Origin: Chthonomonadales bacterium
GTDB lineage: Bacteria > Armatimonadota > Chthonomonadetes > Chthonomonadales > Chthonomonadaceae
Assembly (NCBI GenBank): GCA_038217285.1
Contig: JBBQPO010000057.1
Coordinates: 1 to 24,923, forward strand
Direction of reading: 5' to 3'
Length of the DNA: 24,923 bases
Shown in pieces: positions 16,195-24,923 of the stretch (the stretch's first letter is position 1; each line of letters starts with the position of its first letter). Under the pieces are notes generated by a model. That model ran no database searches and was not told the DNA's origin. It saw only the letters and a list, made by a program, of their open reading frames with translations. A program made the translations under genes and the position numbers.

Positions 16195-17463
16195 TTAACC
16201 TTCAAGAAGCAGATTTTCCGGATCTTCGATCAACTCTTTGACACGGACGAGGAAGCGTACGGCCTCGCTGCCGTCCACGATGCGATGATCGTAGGAGAGC
16301 GCGAGGTACATCATCGGGCGGATCACGATCTGTCCCTCCACGACGACGGGCCGCTCCTGGATTTTGTGCATGCCGAGAATGCCGACCTGGGGATAGTTCA
16401 GAATCGGGGTAGACATCAGCGATCCGAAGATGCCGCCGTTGGTGATGGTGAAGGAGCCGCCCATCAGTTCCGGCAGGGCCAGTTTCTTGGTGCGGGCACG
16501 CTCCGCCAGATCTTTGATCGCTTTCTCTATCTCCGCAAAACTCTTCTTATCCGCGTCCCTCAGAACGGGAACCACCAGCCCTTCCGCCGCTCCGACCGCG
16601 ATCCCGATGTCGTAGAATTTCTTAAGGACGATCTCGGCGCCCTGGATCTCGGCATTCAGGTTGGGGAACGCTTTTAGAGAGCCGATGACCGCCTTGGTGA
16701 AGAAAGACATGAAGCCGAGCTTGATGCCGTTCCGCTTTTCGAACGCTTCATTACGGCGCTTGCGCAGCTCCATGATCGCCGTCATGTCCACTTCGTTGAA
16801 GGTGGTCAGCATGGCGGCGGTGTTCTGCGCCTCTTTCAGATGAGAGGCGATGACCTGCCGCATGCGGCTCATCGGAATGCGCTCTTCACGCGCAACGTCG
16901 CCGGGAGCCGAAATGGCAGTCGTCGGCGCGGGCGGCACGGGCGGCCTGGAGGGAGGGGGGGCTGTTTCGACGCGGGGGGGCGGAGTAACCGGCGCAATTG
17001 TCTGCGCGGCTTTCTCGACATCCTCGCGCGTCACCTTGCCGCCGACGCCGGTACCTGCGATCCGACTCAGGTCTACACCCTTGTCTTTGGCGACCTTGTC
17101 GGCGAGCGGAGTCGTGTGCGGAGCCGGGCGTCCGTTCTCCGTTGCTGCAGAGATCGGCTCCGCCGAGAGCACCGGGACGGGTTCCGCTTTCGCAGCGGCG
17201 CCATTGGCAGCCGGAGCGGTCGAACCGGATTCGGTCACGAGAGCCATGACATCGTTGATGCGGACGGTTTCGCCTTCCTTGCGGACGATCTTTTCGAGGA
17301 CGCCGCCATACTCCGCCTCGAACGAGCTATTGGCCTTGTCCGTCTCCAGCTCGAAAAGCTCGTCGCCGATGGCGAACGTCTCGCCCTCTTTTTTCAGCCA
17401 ACGCACAACGGTGGCCTCGATAATAGACTCTCCCATGGAAGGGACACGTATCTCTACGGGCAT
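16195..17463 (-). CDS. sucB: 2-oxoglutarate dehydrogenase E2, dihydrolipoyllysine succinyltransferase
   Basis: Lipoyl domain (ETDKA), E3-binding domain (GTGVGGKVT), [21 protein letters not shown]. Start ATG 17463. Confidence 0.96.
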   Translation of the reverse strand: MPVEIRVPSMGESIIEATVVRWLKKEGETFAIGDELFELETDKANSSFEAEYGGVLEKIVRKEGETVRINDVMALVTESGSTAPAANGAAAKAEPVPVLSAEPISAATENGRPAPHTTPLADKVAKDKGVDLSRIAGTGVGGKVTREDVEKAAQTIAPVTPPPRVETAPPPSRPPVPPAPTTAISAPGDVAREERIPMSRMRQVIASHLKEAQNTAAMLTTFNEVDMTAIMELRKRRNEAFEKRNGIKLGFMSFFTKAVIGSLKAFPNLNAEIQGAEIVLKKFYDIGIAVGAAEGLVVPVLRDADKKSFAEIEKAIKDLAERARTKKLALPELMGGSFTITNGGIFGSLMSTPILNYPQVGILGMHKIQERPVVVEGQIVIRPMMYLALSYDHRIVDGSEAVRFLVRVKELIEDPENLLLEG

Positions 17464-17497
17464 CTCGCAATACACTCCGTTTCCAGAAACAAGCGAT

Positions 17498-20389
17498 TTA
17501 TTTTCGGGCCTTGCCCGCGCCCAGTCCCCAGCCCTCCACAGTGGAGGAGGCCGGGGAGATCTCCGGGGCATCTTGCAGCGCCGCCGCCAGCAGATGATTC
17601 TGTTCCAGCGTATGAGCCGCCATTGAGCCCTCGGCGGGACTCGCGGCTTCCGCGCGTCCGATGTAGCGCAGCTCCCCACGCCAGTCGGCCTGCTCACGCA
17701 GACGGGGCGCAATGAAGCTCCAGGCGCCCATATTCTGCGGCTCTTCCTGCATCCAGACAAGCTCCCGAAGATTCGGGTAGCCCGCCAGCGCCCGTTTGAT
17801 CTCCTCGCAGGGGAACGGGTAGAGTTGCTCGACGCGCGCGATGGCTACGCGCTCGGTCTGCGAGAAGGCTTCGGTCCCGGCCAGATCGATGTAGACCTTC
17901 CCGCTGCAGAGCACCAGCCGCGTCACTTTATCGGCTCGCTCCTGCGCGGCGGTATCGTCGATAACGGTCTGAAAAGCGCCCTCCGCCAGATCGAGCAGCG
18001 AGGAGCCCGCGCGCGGATGGCGCAGCAGGCTCTTGGGCGTCATGACGATCAGGGGGCGCGGGTCGCTCTGCAGCAGCGCCGCCTGGCGTCGCAGCAGATG
18101 GAAGTACTGCGCCGACGAGGTGCAGTTGGCGACGCGGATATTGTCGTTGGCCGCGAGTTGTAAGAAGCGTTCAAGACGTGCGCTGGAGTGTTCGGGGCCG
18201 CTGCCCTCGTAGCCGTGCGGCAGCAGCAACACCAGCGACGGCGTCTGCTTCCATTTTGCGTAGCCGGATACCAGAAACTGATCGATAATGACCTGCCCGC
18301 CGTTGGCAAAGTCGCCGAACTGGCCTTCCCAGAGCGTCAACACCTCGGGGGCATTGATGCAGTAGCCATACTCGAAGCCCAGTGCCGCATTTTCGGAGAG
18401 CGGGCTGTTGTAGACGGCGAAGGCGGCGCGCGCGGCAGGCAGCGCCTGCAGAGGCAGATAACGTTCGCCGCTGACGATGTCGTGCAGGACCAGATTGCGG
18501 TGTCCGAAGGTGCCGCGCTCCGAGTCCTGGCCGGTCAGGCGGATCGGCGTTCCTTCCGACAGAATCGATGCGAAGGCGAGCGCTTCGGCCTGCCCCCATT
18601 CGATCCCACCATCGGTCTGGAGGCCGCCGCGCCATCGGCTGAAGACGCGTTCCAGCTTGGGATTGACCTGCAGTCCTTCCGGCCAGGTCAGAAGCGCAGT
18701 GTTCAGCGCGACCAGTTTGTCGGCGGGAACTGCGGTTTCGACCTCACGCTGACTTGAGGGCAGAGAGGCCGTGCCGGGAGTGCCCAACTCTGAAGGCATC
18801 TGTTTGCGGGCCGCCATCAGGCGCTCTTTCACGGTGGTGATCATGGCCGTCGCCTGCTCTTCCGAAACGACGCCCTCTTTCAGCATCTGATCGGCCCAGA
18901 GCTCCCGCACGGTCGGATGGGCCTCGATGGCTTCGTACATGCGTGGCTGCGTCAGGTCGGGGGCATCGCCTTCATTGTGCCCATAGCGGCGATAGCCGAT
19001 GAGATCGATGAGGAAATCTTTGTGGAAGCGCTCCCGGTACGCCAGCGCCATGCGCGCCGCCGCGATACAGGCCAGCGGATCGTCGGCGTTCACATGGACG
19101 ATGGGAATCTCGAAGCCCTTGGCGAGGTCACTGGCGTAGAGCGTGGAACGGCCATCGCTCGGCAGGGTGGTAAAACCGATCTGATTGTTGACGATAATAT
19201 GGATGGTGCCGCCGGTGCGATAGCCGGTCAGGTTGGTCATATTCAGGGTTTCGGCGACAACGCCCTGGCCGGGGAAGGCCGCGTCGCCGTGGATGGCGAT
19301 TGGGAGGGCGGAGCGCACGTCCCGCTCCGGCTCCCCGCGATGGGTGCGCTGCTCCTGCGCGGCGCGCGTGTGGCCTTCGACAACGGGGTTGACGAACTCC
19401 AGGTGGCTGGGGTTCGGCACAAGCGTAATGGGCATCTCGCGAATGCCGCTCTCTTTATAGGCGCGGCGGAAACCGAGATGGTACTTGACGTCGCCGGGAT
19501 AGCCGCGACCGCCGCGACCGGCTACGGAGGCCGACTCGTCCCGGTTCTGGGTTTCGAAGCCGACCAGAATATTGGCGTAGGGTTTGCCCAGGACATGGGC
19601 CAGAACATTCAGACGTCCCCGGTGCGCCATACCCATGACCACATCGCGGGTACCATTTTCTGCGGCCGTGCGGATGATCTCGTCGAGAACAGGCACGAGC
19701 ATGTCGGTGCCTTCGATGGAGAACCGTTTGCTGCCTTTGAAAGTGGAGTGAATGAAGCGTTCAAACGTTTCGACTTCGGTGAGGCGTTCCAGCAGGTCGC
19801 TTTTCTCTTCAGGGGTCAATCGGGGCAGGAAGGCGCCGCTCTCGGTCGAGTCGCGCAGCCAGTAGCGTTCTTCGCTGCTTTCGATATGCTCGTCGTCGTA
19901 GCCGATGGTTCCGGAGTAGACCTGACGGAGCCGTTCCAGCGCTTCACGGGCATTGCGGGTTTCACGGGCGATCGGACCTCCGACCACACTGGATGGCAGC
20001 GCCTCCAGCGCTCGCGCCGTCAGCTTATGAAGATGCAGCTCCAGGCCAGCGTACCCAGGAGGCGTGAGGCTGAGCGGATCGACATGGGCTTCGAGATGTC
20101 CGCGCTGTCGAATAAAACGTGCCAGTCGTGCCGCCGCCGCCGCGACCCGGATCGTCTCCGTCTCTTCAAGGCCGCTCGCCAGGGGGGCGACCAGGGTGGG
20201 GGAGCCAGTTGGCTGCAACGCCGTCGAGGGCGTCTCAGCGGAGAGAGTCGCGTCCGCATCGAAGGGGTGGCTATCAAAAAAAGCGCGGGTCTCCGCGTCT
20301 ACGGAAGTCGGATCTTCCCGGTAACGGTCATGGAGTTCCAGCGCATAGCCCGCATTTGGGCCGTGAAAGAGATGTAAGTCGCTCATCAC
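17498..20389 (-). CDS. sucA: 2-oxoglutarate dehydrogenase E1 component
   Basis: [56 protein letters not shown]. Confidence 0.97.
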   Translation of the reverse strand: MMSDLHLFHGPNAGYALELHDRYREDPTSVDAETRAFFDSHPFDADATLSAETPSTALQPTGSPTLVAPLASGLEETETIRVAAAAARLARFIRQRGHLEAHVDPLSLTPPGYAGLELHLHKLTARALEALPSSVVGGPIARETRNAREALERLRQVYSGTIGYDDEHIESSEERYWLRDSTESGAFLPRLTPEEKSDLLERLTEVETFERFIHSTFKGSKRFSIEGTDMLVPVLDEIIRTAAENGTRDVVMGMAHRGRLNVLAHVLGKPYANILVGFETQNRDESASVAGRGGRGYPGDVKYHLGFRRAYKESGIREMPITLVPNPSHLEFVNPVVEGHTRAAQEQRTHRGEPERDVRSALPIAIHGDAAFPGQGVVAETLNMTNLTGYRTGGTIHIIVNNQIGFTTLPSDGRSTLYASDLAKGFEIPIVHVNADDPLACIAAARMALAYRERFHKDFLIDLIGYRRYGHNEGDAPDLTQPRMYEAIEAHPTVRELWADQMLKEGVVSEEQATAMITTVKERLMAARKQMPSELGTPGTASLPSSQREVETAVPADKLVALNTALLTWPEGLQVNPKLERVFSRWRGGLQTDGGIEWGQAEALAFASILSEGTPIRLTGQDSERGTFGHRNLVLHDIVSGERYLPLQALPAARAAFAVYNSPLSENAALGFEYGYCINAPEVLTLWEGQFGDFANGGQVIIDQFLVSGYAKWKQTPSLVLLLPHGYEGSGPEHSSARLERFLQLAANDNIRVANCTSSAQYFHLLRRQAALLQSDPRPLIVMTPKSLLRHPRAGSSLLDLAEGAFQTVIDDTAAQERADKVTRLVLCSGKVYIDLAGTEAFSQTERVAIARVEQLYPFPCEEIKRALAGYPNLRELVWMQEEPQNMGAWSFIAPRLREQADWRGELRYIGRAEAASPAEGSMAAHTLEQNHLLAAALQDAPEISPASSTVEGWGLGAGKARK

Positions 20390-20456
20390 GTAATTCGTAC
20401 TTTCGCCAGGTCACTTCGTCGTTGAAAGGTGGCCAAATTGGATTGACATTGAGTTT

Positions 20457-20486
20457 ATCATACCGCCTTTTGAGGGTCAAAGTCAA
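20457..20486 (-). promoter_or_regulatory. Sigma70-type promoter for sucAB
   Basis: TTGACT-18 bp-TATGAT on the minus strand about 70 nt upstream of sucA. Confidence 0.65.
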
Positions 20487-20558
20487 GCCGACCTCAGCAA
20501 GCGCAAAAGGGTGCGACCAGACCGCTCGTTACGAACAAACAAGCCTTTTTGCAGTGGT

Positions 20559-20584
20559 GGAGAGAACGCCAGGGAGTTCTCTCC
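20559..20584. terminator. Hairpin downstream of ychF (possible terminator, no clear U-tract)
   Basis: GGAGAGAAC-N8-GTTCTCTCC perfect 9-bp IR. Confidence 0.45.
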
Positions 20585-20627
20585 GACAAGCTGCTAGCGA
20601 TCAGGATTCGAGAAGACGTGTCTCGGG

Positions 20628-21731
20628 TCAGACTTTGAAGCGAACGTGCAGGATGTCGCCGTCCTTGACGGGGTACTCTTTGCCTTCCAGGCGCATCTTG
20701 CCAGCGGACTTGGCTTCGTCCCAACAGCCGCCTGCGGCGCGGAAATCCTCGAAGTCCACGAGTTCGGCGCGAATAAAGCCCCGGGCCAGATCGCTGTGGA
20801 TCGCGCCTGCCGCCCCGACTGCGTTGGTGCCCTTCGTGATCGTCCAGGCGCGAACCTCATCCTCCCCAACGGTGAAGAAGCAGATCAGGCCCAGCGCGTC
20901 ATAGGCGGCACGAATCAGGCGATCTCGCGCGGCTTCGTGGATGCCCATCGCCTCGAGAAATTCGCGCTCCTCCGCTGGCTCCATCTGTGCGACTTCCATC
21001 TCGATCTTCGCGCACATCGATACGAGCGGCACACCCATTCCTGCGGCGTACTCTGTCAGCGGGGCAAGTCCGGCAGGGGCCTCGGATCCTGCGTCGTCTT
21101 CGCCGACATTGGCGACCAGAATGAGCGGCTTGCCGGAGACGAAGGCGTAGCTCTTGACGGAGCGCGCCTCATCCTCGGGGAGGTGCAGGGAGCGCACCGG
21201 GTTCAGCTCGTCAAGATGCGCTTTGATCTTGTTGAGCACCTGATGCTCCGCCGCTTCGGCATTGGTCTGGCGCTTCTGGAGACGCGACTTTTCCAGCTTC
21301 TCCAGCCGGCTTTCGATGACGGTGAGGTCAGCGAGCATCAGCTCTTCGTTGATCTGCTCCGCCTCGCGCTTCGCATTGATTCCGCCCTCCGGCACCGTCA
21401 CGGTTGGATCGTCGAAGGCCCGCACCACCAGGATGAGCGCGTCCATGTTGCGCACGGCGGAGAAGAAGTCGGTGCCGAACTTGTCGCCCTGGCCCAGTCG
21501 CTCTGCCCGCTCGATACGGGCGCCCCCCTCCGTGAACTCGATGGTCGCCGGAGAGATCTTCTTCGGCGCACACTGGGCCACAGCGTAGTCGAAACGTGGA
21601 TCGGGAACGCCGATCACGCCGACGTTGACCTCGCCACCGCCAAAGCGTTTGAGCTCGACTACGGAGCGCGTCAATGCGTTATAGAGACTGGTCTTGCCGG
21701 TTTGCGGCAGGCCGATGATGCCCACTTTCAT
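20628..21731 (-). CDS. ychF: YchF/Ola1-family ribosome-binding P-loop ATPase
   Basis: MKVGIIGLPQTGKTS, VPDPR, FFTVGEDEVRAWT, AGAIHSDLARGFIRAE, EGKEYPVKDGD. Confidence 0.93.
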   Translation of the reverse strand: MKVGIIGLPQTGKTSLYNALTRSVVELKRFGGGEVNVGVIGVPDPRFDYAVAQCAPKKISPATIEFTEGGARIERAERLGQGDKFGTDFFSAVRNMDALILVVRAFDDPTVTVPEGGINAKREAEQINEELMLADLTVIESRLEKLEKSRLQKRQTNAEAAEHQVLNKIKAHLDELNPVRSLHLPEDEARSVKSYAFVSGKPLILVANVGEDDAGSEAPAGLAPLTEYAAGMGVPLVSMCAKIEMEVAQMEPAEEREFLEAMGIHEAARDRLIRAAYDALGLICFFTVGEDEVRAWTITKGTNAVGAAGAIHSDLARGFIRAELVDFEDFRAAGGCWDEAKSAGKMRLEGKEYPVKDGDILHVRFKV

Positions 21732-21797
21732 GAAATTCGCCTTCTCCTCTGCTGTGGGGCGATGAATCCCCGCGAACCTGCGTACATCTTAACTGAA

Positions 21798-22691
21798 ATG
21801 AAACTCAGAATACCGACCCTATTGACGACATCCGAAGAGGTGCGACACGCGGAGCTTCCCGCGCCCGACCCCGCAGAACAGCTCTCCCGGCGGCAGTTCC
21901 TGCTGCGTAACGGCGGCCTGCTGGCGGCTGCGACGCTCGTGCAGGGCAGCGAAGAGACGCACCAGCTCTCCCTCACGCGCCACGAGGTTCGCATGCCCGG
22001 CCTCCAAGCGCCTGTGCGCGTGATTCAACTCTCCGACCTGCACCGGTCGTGGTGCGTGTCGGAGGCGTTTATCGCCCAGATTGTCGCGCGGACGAATGCA
22101 CTGCGTCCCGACCTCATTCTGCTGACCGGGGATTTCGTGACACGCTCTTCCGGCTATGCGGAGTCCTGTATGCGCCAACTCCGGGATCTGCGCGCACCGA
22201 TGGGCCTCTACGCCGTGCTCGGCAATCACGACTACTGGTGCGATCACCGCAAAGGCGCGCCTGTCATCGCGCGTCATCTGGCCGACATCGGCGTTGATCT
22301 GCTGACCAATCGCAGTGTGCGGCTGGAGCACAACCTGCGCCTGGTCGGTATCGACGACGGAAGCTCCGGCAATCCGAACCTGCCCCTGGCTTTCGAACGC
22401 ATGGAGCCGGAGGAAGCCGTGCTTGCCATGACGCATAACCCTATGCTGTTTCCGCTTCTGAGCCGGTATCCCTGCATTACGCTTGCAGGCCACACGCACG
22501 GCGGTCAGGTCAACGTCCCGATTATTACGGATGCCATCGTCGGCAGTCGCACTCGCTTCATACGAGGCTGGTACGATGTGCCGAACGCCCCCGGACGCCT
22601 CTATATCTCCCGCGGCCTCGGCACGGTCCATGTGCCTCTGCGCCTCAACGCCGCTCCCGAGATCGCCCTCTTCACGCTGATTCCGGCGTGA
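21798..22691 (+). CDS. YkuE/YaeI-like metallophosphoesterase with twin-arginine signal
   Basis: SRRQFL Tat motif, SDLH, TGDF, GNHD, THNP, GHTHGGQ, SRGLG. Start uncertain (21762 or 21798). Confidence 0.88.
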   Translation: MKLRIPTLLTTSEEVRHAELPAPDPAEQLSRRQFLLRNGGLLAAATLVQGSEETHQLSLTRHEVRMPGLQAPVRVIQLSDLHRSWCVSEAFIAQIVARTNALRPDLILLTGDFVTRSSGYAESCMRQLRDLRAPMGLYAVLGNHDYWCDHRKGAPVIARHLADIGVDLLTNRSVRLEHNLRLVGIDDGSSGNPNLPLAFERMEPEEAVLAMTHNPMLFPLLSRYPCITLAGHTHGGQVNVPIITDAIVGSRTRFIRGWYDVPNAPGRLYISRGLGTVHVPLRLNAAPEIALFTLIPA

Positions 22692-22695
22692 TCGC

Positions 22696-24789
22696 TCAGG
22701 CAAACGTTGCGCTGCACCGCTCGGCCAGTTCGGCGCGAACGCGCTGGAGAGAGTCGGTAATCTCCGCTTCCGAGAGAGTGTGATCGGCGGCGCGGAAGGT
22801 CAGGGAGAGCGTCAGGCTTTTGGTTCCCTCCGGTACCGGACCGCCGCGGAACACGTCGGTCAATCGGAAATCTTCCAGCAACGGCAGATTGGCAGTACGA
22901 ACGGCAGACGCGACGGCCGCATACGGTACATGCTCCGGCAGGTGAGGCGCGATGTCGCGTACAACGGAAGGGAAGCGCGTCAGAGGACAGAAACCGGGCG
23001 CATGGGCTCCGGCAGCGGCCTCGCGGAGCGCATTCAGGCCGATCTCGAACAGATAGACGCGTTCGCGGAGGCCGAGCTTCGCCGCCACGTTCGGATGCAC
23101 CTCGCCGATGATTCCGGCCGGATGCCCACCGCGCAGGCTGATCGTCGCGGTGCGGCCCGGATGGAACTGCGGGGCCTGGTCAGCGCGATCCTGCAGCGCC
23201 CGGAAGGTAGCGTCCGTGATGCCCAACTCTGCGAAGAGGCGCTCGACGATGCTTCGGGTCAGGACGAAGTCCGCAGCGAGGGGCGGCGCCTCCTTCTGCC
23301 ATCCTGTCTCGGTCAGCGGACCGGCCAGCAGGCCCGCGACTGCGATGTATTCGACCGGGGTGGGGCCGTTATCGCGAGGCTCGTTCTGCCAGACGCGACC
23401 GACCTCACAGAGCGCCAGATGCTGCTGACCATGGCGGGCGTTCTGCTGGGCCACATCGAGCAGGGTCGGGAGGAGGGATCGCCGCAGCCCACCGATGTCG
23501 GCGGAGAGAGTATTGCGAACCTGCACCTGGCGCGCGGCGTCGGCCGGGGAGTCGAAGAACGACGGCGCTGTGAGACTGTGCGAAACGACCTCCTGAAGCC
23601 CGCAGGCAGTCAAGGTGCGCTTTAGCCTTGTAATGAAGAGGCCCTCGTCGCTGTCGCTGCCCTGCGTTGCGCCGCCAGCAGGCAGAGTCTCGGGAATGTT
23701 TTCGTAGCCGTAGATACGACCGATCTCCTCGATCAGGTCTTCCTCCAGAGTGACGTCGGGCCGGAAGGTCGGCACCTGGACATGCAGCACGTCGGTCGCC
23801 TCATGGGATTCGGTGCGTACTTCGAAGTCGAGCGCGCGCAGACAGTCGGCGCAGACGTGCGACGTCAGATCCATGCCGAGCAGTTCGATGGCCCGCGTTA
23901 CGCGCAGAGTCACGGTACGCATCGCGATGGGGATGGGATAGGCGTCGATGACGCCCTCCACGGCCTCCGGCTGACCCATCTGCTGCAGCAGTTCGCAGGC
24001 GCGATCCGCCGCTCGGCGCGCGCCCTCCGGATCGACGACGCGCTCGAACCGGTAACTCGCCTCGGTCCGCAAGCCGAGCACGCGGGAGGCGCGCCGGACA
24101 GCCAGCGGACTGAAGTGCGCCGATTCCAGCAGAATGTCGGTCGTGGTGTCAGAGACTTCCGAGTTCATGCCGCCCATGACACCGGCGATGGCAACGGCCT
24201 TCTCTCCATCCGCGATGACGAGCATGGAATCGGTGAGCTCGCGCTCGATCTCGTCCAGCGTGGTGAACTTCTCGCCCGCCGTCGCGCGGCGCACCACGAT
24301 TCGCTGTTCCGCGAGGAGTGCGAGGTCGAAGGCATGGAGCGGCTGGCCGAGCTCCAGCATGACATAGTTCGTCACATCGACGACGTTATTGATAGGCCGC
24401 TGACCTGCCGCTTCGAGACGCTGCTGCATCCACAGTGGCGACGGACCTATCTTCACCCCGCGAATGACCCGTGCCACGTAGCGCGGGCACAGATCGGGAT
24501 CCTGTAACGTGACAGACGTCAACTCCGTGACCGGGCCGCCTTCACGTGACGGGGGTGGGGCAGGAATCCGCAGCGGCAGGCCGTACAGCGCCGCGATCTC
24601 GCGCGCCACGCCGACCATCGAGAGACAGTCGCCCCGGTTCGGCGTGATATAGACGTCCAGCACCGGGCCGATGGCCGACTCTTCGATGCCCTCGACTTCG
24701 AGCCCGCCCATCGTCAGGCGCGTGGCGATCTCTGCCGCCGATGCCTCGATGGTCAGGAACTGTTTCAACCACTCTAAAGGTACTCGCAT
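22696..24789 (-). CDS. pheT: Phenylalanine--tRNA ligase beta subunit (short form)
   Basis: TPNRGDCLS, INNVVD, GQPLHAFD, RFER, DLIEEIGRIYGY, C-terminal FDX-ACB (RDIA, KSLT). Confidence 0.96.
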   Translation of the reverse strand: MRVPLEWLKQFLTIEASAAEIATRLTMGGLEVEGIEESAIGPVLDVYITPNRGDCLSMVGVAREIAALYGLPLRIPAPPPSREGGPVTELTSVTLQDPDLCPRYVARVIRGVKIGPSPLWMQQRLEAAGQRPINNVVDVTNYVMLELGQPLHAFDLALLAEQRIVVRRATAGEKFTTLDEIERELTDSMLVIADGEKAVAIAGVMGGMNSEVSDTTTDILLESAHFSPLAVRRASRVLGLRTEASYRFERVVDPEGARRAADRACELLQQMGQPEAVEGVIDAYPIPIAMRTVTLRVTRAIELLGMDLTSHVCADCLRALDFEVRTESHEATDVLHVQVPTFRPDVTLEEDLIEEIGRIYGYENIPETLPAGGATQGSDSDEGLFITRLKRTLTACGLQEVVSHSLTAPSFFDSPADAARQVQVRNTLSADIGGLRRSLLPTLLDVAQQNARHGQQHLALCEVGRVWQNEPRDNGPTPVEYIAVAGLLAGPLTETGWQKEAPPLAADFVLTRSIVERLFAELGITDATFRALQDRADQAPQFHPGRTATISLRGGHPAGIIGEVHPNVAAKLGLRERVYLFEIGLNALREAAAGAHAPGFCPLTRFPSVVRDIAPHLPEHVPYAAVASAVRTANLPLLEDFRLTDVFRGGPVPEGTKSLTLSLTFRAADHTLSEAEITDSLQRVRAELAERCSATFA

Positions 24790-24805
24790 ATCCGTTCCTC
24801 AATTT

Positions 24806-24923
<118 letters not shown>

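Noticed and set aside
16195..20389. sucAB without adjacent lpdA
   Set aside because: A shared E3 encoded elsewhere is common, so this is not unusual.
20646..21761. 681-aa plus-strand ORF as an N-terminally extended phosphoesterase
   Set aside because: The extension is the antisense shadow of ychF. The real protein begins near 21762/21798 with a Tat motif.

Overview
GC-rich bacterial chromosome segment, probably from an Armatimonadota (Chthonomonadales-like) organism. This is inferred from the '[15 protein letters not shown]' prepilin/H-X9-DG protein and the short PheT. The right ~18 kb is mostly housekeeping: a two-subunit M16 peptidase, an M50B-like peptidase, a double zinc-ribbon protein, a PhnP-like MBL hydrolase, uxaA-family dehydratase, coaX, a DUF1559 prepilin-like gene with a lipoprotein, sucAB, ychF, a Tat metallophosphoesterase, pheT and the 3' end of pheS. 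The left ~6.7 kb is accessory and contains features the ORF track misses: a truncated beta-rich gene, an HTH/IS1182-transposase chimeric relic, a candidate multi-branched structured RNA upstream of a lytic transglycosylase, a secreted protein with 17-aa Asn/Arg/Tyr/Asp repeats, an uncharacterised GH-A-like secreted enzyme, and a more AT-rich cassette. The cassette reads: small secreted beta protein, hairpin, large exported protein with an STN/N0-like N-terminus, and a LuxR-type HTH interrupted by TGA. A near-consensus CRP-type site precedes the MBL-uxaA-coaX promoter. No CRISPR array, tRNA or rRNA was seen.
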